From IMG/VR virus record IMGVR_UViG_3300037502_002993, positions 1 through 64,000 of that record: a stretch of DNA of 64,000 nt. The stretch is one strand, 5' to 3'. Positions 1-7,980 of the stretch are shown piece by piece (position 1 is the stretch's first letter; each line of letters starts with the position of its first letter). The translations under genes were made by a program, and so were the position numbers. The notes under the pieces are model-generated. The model was not told the DNA's origin, did not search any database, and was given only the letters and a program-made list of their open reading frames with translations.

Positions 1-175
1 ATTAGGTGATCTTACCCAGGGGTGGCCGAACCAGCCCCTGGCTCTAAGGTGCGTCGTTAAAAGTCCTGTGAGGTAGGGGCGGTGCGGCGTGCATGACAAG
101 CCTTTTGAACATTGTCGAGGTTCACGTTACTTTCCTTTCAGCAACGGAAGGAAAGACGATTAGGGAAACCTAAAC
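1..175 (+). ncRNA. Probable IscB omegaRNA scaffold (5' part cut by window edge)
   Basis: Non-coding, hairpin-rich stretch directly upstream of iscB, where IscB omegaRNAs are normally encoded. Confidence 0.6.
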
Positions 176-1633
176 ATGTCAAACTACGTATTGGTGTTAG
201 ACACTAATCGACAGCCCTTAGCACCGTGCCATCCGGCACGCGCCAGGGAGTTATTACGCAAGGGGAAAGCGGTCGTCTTCAGACGGTACCCCTTTACGAT
301 CATTCTTAACTATGTTCCTAAGGGGTCGATTCGGAACGAGTTCTCGATTCAGATCGACCCTGGCAGTAAAACCACAGGCATTGCGGTGATCTCCCATGAT
401 AAACGGGGAGATCGCTGTATCCTCGGGATCAATCTGGAACACCGGGGAGAGATAATTAAGAAACGACTTGCGGATAGAACGCTTTATCGTCGATCAAGAC
501 GTTCACGTAAAACAAGATATCGCCAACCGCGTTTCTTAAACCGTACTAAACCCAAAGGGTGGCTCCCACCCTCCGTGATGCACCGAGTACTGACGACTCA
601 GACGTGGATTGACCGCTTCATGCGATGGTGTCCCATCACCAACGCAAAGATCGAGGAGGTCAAATTTGACACGCACTTACTGAAAAGCCCGGAGGTGAAA
701 GGGAGGAGGTACCAGTTCGGTAAGCTCTTCGGCACGGAAATGCGGGAGTATTTGTTGTATCGCTATCAGCATACCTGTCAATATTGTCTTGGTGTCTCAG
801 GGGATAAGATTCTGCAATGGGAGCACAAGGTTCCCCGCTCCAGAGGGGGCTCTAACAGCGAGATGAACGCCACCCTCTCCTGTCGTCGTTGTAACTCTGA
901 GAAAGGAAACCTCACGCCAGAAGAATGGCTGCGCGCCATTGGCAAACCCAGAACCAAACTGGACAAGGTCTGGATAAAAACCCTTCCTAAAATCATCGCG
1001 CAAAAGAAACCCCCGCTGCGCGATGCCGCGGTGATGAATGCGACTCGCTATCGGTTGTTTGATTACCTAGAGTTAGTAGGACTCACCCCCACGTTACATC
1101 CGGGATGGGTGACCAAACGCAATCGCTTGGACCAGGGGTATCGAAAAGACCACTGGATCGATGCGACTTGTGTTGGGAGTGTGGGGAGTCGAGTCTACAT
1201 TCCGAAAGGAATGAGGGTGTTATCAGTCAAAGCCATGGGCCATACTTCACGAGTGATGTGTCGTCCCGATCGCTTTGGGTTTCCAAGAACCCGTCCGAAA
1301 GGACCGTCACGAGCGTTTACATTTAAAACTGGGGACGTCTGTAAAACCAAAATACCCACCGGCAAATATCTTGGAGGATGTATTGGTCGTTTAGTAGTCA
1401 GAAGTTCCGGTAAGTTTAGATTAAACGGAACTCCAGTCCATTATCGCTTCGTTGTTAGAATACAACACCGCGATGGGTATTCTTACCAAAATGGTGGTTT
1501 TTCCCACGCTGTTATTATAACACACACCTGCGACCCACTTCCTAAAAATAGTGGACGTGTTTTAAAGAAAACCCGTAGTGGAGATAGTGACGTGGTCATA
1601 ACTAGGAAGAAGTTCGCAATTAACTCGCCTTAG
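176..1633 (+). CDS. iscB: IscB RNA-guided endonuclease (IS200/IS605 family)
   Basis: N-terminal VLVLD..PLAPCHPARARELL (PLMP/RRXRR-like), RuvC-I IDPGSKTTG, Arg-rich helix RRSRRSRKTRYR, RuvC-II EEVKFD, HNH CQYC..EHKVPRSRGGSN..CRRCN, RuvC-III HWIDA. Confidence 0.93.
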   Translation: MSNYVLVLDTNRQPLAPCHPARARELLRKGKAVVFRRYPFTIILNYVPKGSIRNEFSIQIDPGSKTTGIAVISHDKRGDRCILGINLEHRGEIIKKRLADRTLYRRSRRSRKTRYRQPRFLNRTKPKGWLPPSVMHRVLTTQTWIDRFMRWCPITNAKIEEVKFDTHLLKSPEVKGRRYQFGKLFGTEMREYLLYRYQHTCQYCLGVSGDKILQWEHKVPRSRGGSNSEMNATLSCRRCNSEKGNLTPEEWLRAIGKPRTKLDKVWIKTLPKIIAQKKPPLRDAAVMNATRYRLFDYLELVGLTPTLHPGWVTKRNRLDQGYRKDHWIDATCVGSVGSRVYIPKGMRVLSVKAMGHTSRVMCRPDRFGFPRTRPKGPSRAFTFKTGDVCKTKIPTGKYLGGCIGRLVVRSSGKFRLNGTPVHYRFVVRIQHRDGYSYQNGGFSHAVIITHTCDPLPKNSGRVLKKTRSGDSDVVITRKKFAINSP

Positions 1634-1671
1634 GACCGCGATGGTGACGTCGTGTTGGACGAGAAACGCTT

Positions 1672-1696
1672 GCCCTCCTCCGGGAGGGCTTTTTTG
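1672..1696 (+). terminator. Intrinsic terminator after iscB
   Basis: GCCCTCC-TCCG-GGAGGGC stem-loop followed by a T-run. Confidence 0.7.
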
Positions 1697-1875
1697 CCGT
1701 CTCCTCCAAAACGCCCTATTTGCTCGCCTAAGCCACGAACCTACCTTATCCAACCTAGGTATCATCTGTTATAGTAAACACAGCTTAGAACGCCTTACAG
1801 GGCGATACAGCCCCATTCCTGAACCAAAAAAGAAAGTGACACAGCTGGGGACCCCCGAAGGAGTCCCCTTTCACC

Positions 1876-2460
1876 TCAGCTGTGATCACTTCCCGTGTAG
1901 CACACCGCCCCCAATATATTACCATTGACAACTCGCTCAGTGGCCGTATATTCAACTACATTGCCACTGCGGATGCTAAGCCACTGCATCCCGCCATCAG
2001 GTCCCTCTACTGAAAGGGAGTCCCACTCCCGCAGCTTGATCTCCCCTTTCATTCCTGCGTCCTTCAAATAGTCAAGGGTTACCTGACTCTTATCTGCACT
2101 CAGCGTACAGGCAGTATTCTCCAGCAGGCAGTGTTGGTTCGTGTACAGCATGCGTGGAGTCAGTCTCAACGTCACCTCCCCATAGTTCACGACCAGAATT
2201 CCTTCTTCATCCCGCATACTGATGGCACGATTCCCAACCGTAAAGGGGTATTGGTCTGTCTCACTCTTATAGCAACGAACGCCGTTGAGCATAAGTACGC
2301 GTTCAAAGGTCCCATCAAACTTACGATCTACCCACACTACTGCAGGAACCCCCATTACCGTAAAGCTGTACTCCGCATGGGTCATTGCAGCATCGTCGAC
2401 CAGTGTCCAATAGTTCATGAGTCTTACCTCTTTAGTGATTGATTGAACGGGTGTGTTCAC
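1876..2460 (-). CDS. Hypothetical protein
   Basis: 194-aa ORF with the conserved promoter-like motif just upstream and a hairpin downstream. Confidence 0.65.
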   Translation of the reverse strand: MNTPVQSITKEVRLMNYWTLVDDAAMTHAEYSFTVMGVPAVVWVDRKFDGTFERVLMLNGVRCYKSETDQYPFTVGNRAISMRDEEGILVVNYGEVTLRLTPRMLYTNQHCLLENTACTLSADKSQVTLDYLKDAGMKGEIKLREWDSLSVEGPDGGMQWLSIRSGNVVEYTATERVVNGNILGAVCYTGSDHS

Positions 2461-3046
2461 TAGTAGAATATAGGTGTCATTTCCTTTGCATTTATCTAGA
2501 TGACGGCATAACAGGAGCCCTCGATGGGACTCCTTAGTGGTATCCTCTCAAGCTGGGTCGCGTTTTGCGACGCTCCCATGGCCTTCCCTTCCTTATCCCC
2601 AATTTTGGAAGATGCTCCCTCGCTGCCCTCGGTCCCATTGCTCGTCGTTATACTCCTCACGCCATCTCCTTCCCATTGATCTACTTCGTGATCATGGTAT
2701 CCAACACCTAAGGCTATAGCACTTACAGTGCTACGCTAAATGTTTCATAAACCCCCTCCCCTTGAAGGTCCTCCCCCTTAAGAAGGAAGAGAAGCTCAAT
2801 AGATACCTATTCTCAGTATTTTTTGTTATTAGTATCCTGTAAATAACACTTCCATACCCCCATGATAGCTCTATTGTTCAATATCATTCCACAGGGCGTT
2901 CTAAGAGACGTTAGACGGTGAGTAGTACATAGCCCTACCTCTAAGGGTTAAAACGTCTTAGAGGGCCTTACAGGACGTTCTAGGGGCATTCTTACGGCAA
3001 AAGAGAAAGGATCATATCGGGGACCCGAAGGTCCCCTGACATCTAG

Positions 3047-3694
3047 TTAAAAATCTAGATAGTATATTTCCTTGAGATAAGTTTGGAGTGTACTAACTGG
3101 AGCTGATTCACCGCTATTGAACGTAACGTGTAACATGGCCACACCTACCCTTTCACCGTCTTCAATGGAGGTACAGTGTTTGAGAGGGATATAATCCAAC
3201 GGAATTCCTGTTCTTCTGGGATCGATGAAGAGGACCCCCTCGTCTCGAAGTTTCATCCAACATTCCCCTGTAGTTAATTCACCCTTTCCGACAGGAAAGT
3301 CAGTCCAGATAACACGACCGTCAGCTGTAGTGGAGTAGACGTAACTACTATCATCATTATCGATCCATTTAACAAGGCGTGGGTCGATCCAAACCTCACC
3401 CCCACACTCAACTACAGTGGGGAGAAGACTTAAGGAGGTGTTATCTACGGTAATGGGGAGTGTGTCCCGATCCAACACATCGAAGCGTACAGTGAAGCCT
3501 CCTTTAATCAGGGTTACAGTAACCTCACTTGATGCCGAACTAACGGTATCAGCGATGAGTATCTTCTTAAAGTATAACTTTAAATAACTAAGTCCTTGGG
3601 TCTGGGTGTGTTTGACCGTAAACCAACAACCTCGATGGCTGAAGTGGTACCAGCGTGTAACTGTAGTGTTGTCCATATTTACCTCTTCGTTCAT
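3047..3694 (-). CDS. Hypothetical protein
   Basis: 215-aa ORF followed by a GGGGACC-TTCG-GGTCCCC hairpin. Confidence 0.7.
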   Translation of the reverse strand: MNEEVNMDNTTVTRWYHFSHRGCWFTVKHTQTQGLSYLKLYFKKILIADTVSSASSEVTVTLIKGGFTVRFDVLDRDTLPITVDNTSLSLLPTVVECGGEVWIDPRLVKWIDNDDSSYVYSTTADGRVIWTDFPVGKGELTTGECWMKLRDEGVLFIDPRRTGIPLDYIPLKHCTSIEDGERVGVAMLHVTFNSGESAPVSTLQTYLKEIYYLDF

Positions 3695-3697
3695 TGT

Positions 3698-3985
3698 TTA
3701 AAGATATCGAGCTGCTTTGTTGGTTAGGTCCTCTAGGCGTTGTTCGAGGTCCTCCACCATTGGACGCAGTCCCCCACTGGCATCCTCGTCCAAGATCGTG
3801 ACCATTTGCTCTATCGCATCCAATTTACCCTGGAGTGTTTCCACATCCCTCAGCTTCAATGTTTCCACTATGTCACGTCCAGTGTCGTTGGCAAACAAAT
3901 AAAACACCTTGAACAGGTCACCGTGGATACTAGTTACATTGGAGTTTAGTGCATGCCAACGGTCGACGACTCCCCCAACATCACC
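3698..3985 (-). CDS. Coiled-coil ORF, in-frame continuation of 3986..4615 beyond its TAA
   Basis: Same frame as the upstream gene and open from 3985 to the stop at 3698. Confidence 0.5.
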   Translation of the reverse strand, partial: GDVGGVVDRWHALNSNVTSIHGDLFKVFYLFANDTGRDIVETLKLRDVETLQGKLDAIEQMVTILDEDASGGLRPMVEDLEQRLEDLTNKAARYL

Positions 3986-4615
3986 TTACTCCTCCATTGG
4001 CTGTGAGAGGTGCTCTTCGAGCTCCTCATCTGTTACAGCTTCCAACACCACACGCCACCCATAATTCGCGAGCGTGCCCGAAGAAGCGTCCGTGAGCAGG
4101 CCCTCTGCAGACGAAGACCAACGGTAGACATGACAGTTGGGGTCGTCAGGGTCTGCCCCTTGAACCCAACTTGATCTACCTTCTCCGGAACCCAATCCTA
4201 AGTCATCATCGGTGTAGTTGACGTCCCACTTCCAGTTAAACGGATCGTCCACATGGATCGGATACATAAACCGATCCCATTCATCACTCGTTAGCAGGCG
4301 TATCTTGTAGCGGTGATTGCCAATAAATATAACCCTAGTGCCGTCTACCACACCGCCAGCCACTAGTGCATCATAAGAGACTGAGTGGACTAGAGTACGG
4401 ATAGATACGTATAGCGGCCTGCCATTGTCCTCGAATACTAGCCAACCCTGGTCTTCGTTGTGTGGGACTCCGTCTTCCAATCCAACCAACTCAATCAGCT
4501 CTGGGTAGGGGATCAGATCTTCTCCCGATATCACACCGTAAAAGCCAAGGGTGTTGTAACCATACTCTTTTCCTTCAAAACCTGGAACTGATGGATTAGT
4601 TGCTACCGTCTTCAT
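3986..4615 (-). CDS. Jumbo-phage GFYG..GWRxxL family protein (putative C-type-lectin-like fold; candidate DGR target)
   Basis: GFYG, WLVF, IRLL..EWDR, G.SSWVQG and GWRVVLE motifs; paralog of 4632..5396 and 43265..44089. Confidence 0.75.
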   Translation of the reverse strand: MKTVATNPSVPGFEGKEYGYNTLGFYGVISGEDLIPYPELIELVGLEDGVPHNEDQGWLVFEDNGRPLYVSIRTLVHSVSYDALVAGGVVDGTRVIFIGNHRYKIRLLTSDEWDRFMYPIHVDDPFNWKWDVNYTDDDLGLGSGEGRSSWVQGADPDDPNCHVYRWSSSAEGLLTDASSGTLANYGWRVVLEAVTDEELEEHLSQPMEE

Positions 4616-4631
4616 TTTAAATACCTCACTT

Positions 4632-5396
4632 TTAAGTTTGATTGCTATAGTTTCGAGCTTTCAGTTCTGATTCTACTCGAATCAATGTTTTTCGAAGGGA
4701 TGCAGTGCTGATCTGCGACCAGTTAATGTCATCGACTGCCCTAGAATCCACTGGTGTGTGGTCGAGATCCGCCCCCACGGTAGGCTGTGCTAACCCCACC
4801 GGCTCCAGCACCACACGCCACCCAACATTCGGGTGCGCGTCCGAAGAAAGGATCGCGATCCCGTTCTCTACAGACGAATACCCACGACAGACACGGTAGT
4901 GGGGGTAGTGACAGTTGGGGTAAATGGGGTACACCCCTTGAACCCAACTGGCCTGTCCATCTCCGGAGCCTACTCCTAAGTCATCATCGGTGTAATCACA
5001 CCCCAAATTTTGGCCGGTGGGGTCAGATACATGTAGCGGTGAAATGAGGTGGTCCCACTCCTCATTTTCAGGTATGCGTACCCGATAGTTAACCCCTCCA
5101 ATCTGATGGATGATTCTTGAACCATCCACTAGACCGCGCTCTTCCAACTCCCGAAAACTGACGCCGTAGGCAGTTGTCAACATGGATATGAAAAGTGGCT
5201 TTCCACGCCAGAAGAACTTCAGCCATTCTCCGTTTCTGTTATGTACTTTTTCGGGGTGTATGCCTGCCCATTCAGCGAGGTCTCCGTAACTGATTAGAGT
5301 TTTGGGATCTACCCGACCGAAGAATCCCAAATCACGATCTCCTAACAATAAAAGACGACCACCAGGCACTGTCTTTAGTAATTTGTTCATGTCCAT
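4632..5396 (-). CDS. Paralog of the same family (candidate DGR target)
   Basis: GFFG, WLKF, YRVR..EWD, SWVQG..RG..GWRVVLE motifs. Confidence 0.75.
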   Translation of the reverse strand: MDMNKLLKTVPGGRLLLLGDRDLGFFGRVDPKTLISYGDLAEWAGIHPEKVHNRNGEWLKFFWRGKPLFISMLTTAYGVSFRELEERGLVDGSRIIHQIGGVNYRVRIPENEEWDHLISPLHVSDPTGQNLGCDYTDDDLGVGSGDGQASWVQGVYPIYPNCHYPHYRVCRGYSSVENGIAILSSDAHPNVGWRVVLEPVGLAQPTVGADLDHTPVDSRAVDDINWSQISTASLRKTLIRVESELKARNYSNQT

Positions 5397-5816
5397 ACTA
5401 AACTCCCATTATCTAGTCTTCGGTTGACGATACAACGTCTTGGTTCAGGGTCCTCCCTCCTCGTACTTTGAGGTTCTTTAAGATTTCCCGAACTTCCTCT
5501 CCAGCTTGGATTCTTCCATATGCACCACCTGGGGGCATTACACCCCCAGGCAAATGCACTGTTATGCCATCTCTACCTCTTCCGGGTAATCCAGCACACC
5601 GAGCGCAGCAACATCACTATGGGTGGAGACATAGTCAACCACATAGCCGTCCCCCCACCATGGAGGGATGGATTGGTGTGGATCTCTAATCACATTCTGG
5701 TGCAAAGCACCTGATTTGCTCGTTCACGCGCTGTTTTGGGTTGGCCTTGGCCTTGACCCCCCGCGCAACTTAAGGCGCCCTACGGTCCTTACAGGGGGGA
5801 TTCCTGAGGCATTTGC

Positions 5817-6272
5817 TCACTCATACAAAACTACCTCTTTATTCCAGTGTCCTAGGTAGCGCATGATCATCGGCTTGACATCCATGTCGTAGTTCAGTCC
5901 GCCATTACTGCATCCCAAAGGAATCATCGCCAGTCGTTCGATCTGACTCAAGGGAAAGCAATCCCCTTCACGTACTAGGTACTCCAGTCCCCACTCAATC
6001 CATTCCAACTGACTGGGGTTCCTCCAGTGGCGCTTGGTAGGGAATAGCAATAGCTTCTTGTCCCCATCGGGACTGACCCATAGGTCAGGACGACCTACTT
6101 CATGCAGTCCGTGTTCACACAGCCAGTGATAGTGACGGTACATCTCAGGAAAGCGCTTCTTTGCTTCTAAAGCAATACCCCTCCCCATAACACCGACTGT
6201 GTTGGTGGTGATTACTATTGTATCACAATCGGTTTTAAAGATGTCTCTATCTTGGTAAACTTGAGTGATCAT
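5817..6272 (-). CDS. Macro domain (ADP-ribose processing, DarG/Poa1p-like) protein
   Basis: DIF..IV..TNTVGVMGRGIA, FPTKRHWR, P.LGCSNGGL motifs. Confidence 0.88.
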   Translation of the reverse strand: MITQVYQDRDIFKTDCDTIVITTNTVGVMGRGIALEAKKRFPEMYRHYHWLCEHGLHEVGRPDLWVSPDGDKKLLLFPTKRHWRNPSQLEWIEWGLEYLVREGDCFPLSQIERLAMIPLGCSNGGLNYDMDVKPMIMRYLGHWNKEVVLYE

Positions 6273-6537
6273 GGTGAATCCCTAAGTCGGTACTACAGGA
6301 GTATACCAGTTACGCGATCCCTTTGAAAGGGATCGCTTCTATGTCGTCTCCCCCAGAGTCCAAATTTGGAAGATGCTCTAACCCTAGGGTAAGTAAGGGG
6401 TATCACTCCCATAGAGAGGTAATGTAGCTAAAAGCTCCTATAGGGCTCCCTAAGTTGTTTTATCTACCAACCTGATACATCGTTGGGGTTTCCTAAGAAA
6501 ACTCCTTAGAGAGCAAAATAGAAGGATCTAGGGGGTA

Positions 6538-7443
6538 TTAGTATTCAGTGAGTCGATGTTGTAGTTCTTTGATCTTCTCCTTGTATTGCCCCAGGGCACT
6601 CAGTGCTTCATGACACACCCTCCACTCCTCGTTATGGGGGAGTGCCTCCAAATCCAGTTCCTCCAACCCTAGGAGTTGGTTGATGGTGTTGATCTTGACT
6701 AATGTCTCATCGATCACCTGAACGATGTTAGCTTTACCATCCCACTCCTCGAGAACACTTTGTACCGACTCCTTCCAACCTTCCTGTTCCAGCCCACCTT
6801 CGGACTTGGTCTCCTCACCACTCCAGTCCTCTGGGGGACGTACAGTTAAATGAGCGACCAACCACTCCCGGAAGGATTCCTCCTCGATACCTCCCTTACG
6901 CACGTACCAGTTCAGGAAATCCCTTAAGGAGTGTGCCATCAGGACCCCCAGTGGGTCGACCAGCTGCTGTATACCAGCTTCTGCATCTGGGTGGGGACCG
7001 AACAAACGGCAGACTGAGTATAGAGGAATGTTGTAATCCCCCTTACCAAACTCCTTGAGGCGCTCTAGACCACGTTCCCAATAGCTTGCTATTTCGGGAC
7101 GACTCAGGTCCTCGTCCGGACTGATGGTCAGGAATGTTACCGTACGCCTTCCAGCCACCCCGGTGGCGTAGGCAATGTGGTGTTGTTTAAATTGCCAGTC
7201 CAGAAGGGTGCGGTCCCAGGATGGTGGGTTTTCGGACGGCCAGTTAAAGACGGGTGGTTTGTACCCAAATCTCGAGTTTATACTCGACATTAAACCATAC
7301 GGCAATGACGCCGTTCCGGAGGTGGCCAGGGCAATCACATCTCCCGGACGGTGTTTGCTGACCTGAACTGGCTCGGGGTTTTCGATCTTCAGCTTGCGGG
7401 TGAACAGTCTACGCGTAAGTTCTGCTGTTTTGGGGTGGGGCAT
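6538..7443 (-). CDS. Hypothetical protein
   Basis: 301-aa ORF with GAGG RBS. Confidence 0.7.
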   Translation of the reverse strand: MPHPKTAELTRRLFTRKLKIENPEPVQVSKHRPGDVIALATSGTASLPYGLMSSINSRFGYKPPVFNWPSENPPSWDRTLLDWQFKQHHIAYATGVAGRRTVTFLTISPDEDLSRPEIASYWERGLERLKEFGKGDYNIPLYSVCRLFGPHPDAEAGIQQLVDPLGVLMAHSLRDFLNWYVRKGGIEEESFREWLVAHLTVRPPEDWSGEETKSEGGLEQEGWKESVQSVLEEWDGKANIVQVIDETLVKINTINQLLGLEELDLEALPHNEEWRVCHEALSALGQYKEKIKELQHRLTEY

Positions 7444-7573
7444 GAGAAACCTCAGAGAAAGAATGCAGTATCACCGATGGCATCGCCTGCCCTGAGGCAG
7501 GCCGTGATACTTTCGAAGAAAACGCCATAAGTGCCAGCCCAAAGGCTGGCACTATCACACACGCATTACTGAG

Positions 7574-7966
7574 TCAGAACTCGTCGAGTTCACCCACCCC
7601 TTTGGTCAGGGGGTTGAAGACCATGGCAATTCCGTTACCGTAGCCCACAAAGCCGTCTTTCAGGAGATACTCCAACAGGTGCCCTTTCCCATGGGAGATG
7701 CCAAAGGCGTCGGTAAAGGCCTCAATGAAGTCTTTCGCGCGCGCTTCCCACTCCTCCCCATCATACTGCAGTTGGGGGATTACCTTACACTCAAGGATAC
7801 CGTCTTCCAACCCGAACTGGAGGACACCTTTGGTGACCACGATCCGTTCGAGTTCATCATCCTCTACGATAAAGACCTCAGGGGTGGTCGTAGGGTCTTT
7901 GCTGCAGGCCCGTTGAAAGGCATCCCACACTTTACGCAGGGTCTCATTGGTAACGGGTTTTCCCAT
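7574..7966 (-). CDS. Hypothetical protein (start MGKPVT)
   Basis: AAGGAG RBS before the ATG at about 7966; the longer track ORF overlaps the helicase end. Confidence 0.7.
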   Translation of the reverse strand: MGKPVTNETLRKVWDAFQRACSKDPTTTPEVFIVEDDELERIVVTKGVLQFGLEDGILECKVIPQLQYDGEEWEARAKDFIEAFTDAFGISHGKGHLLEYLLKDGFVGYGNGIAMVFNPLTKGVGELDEF

Positions 7967-7980
7967 GGTAGTGCTCCTTG

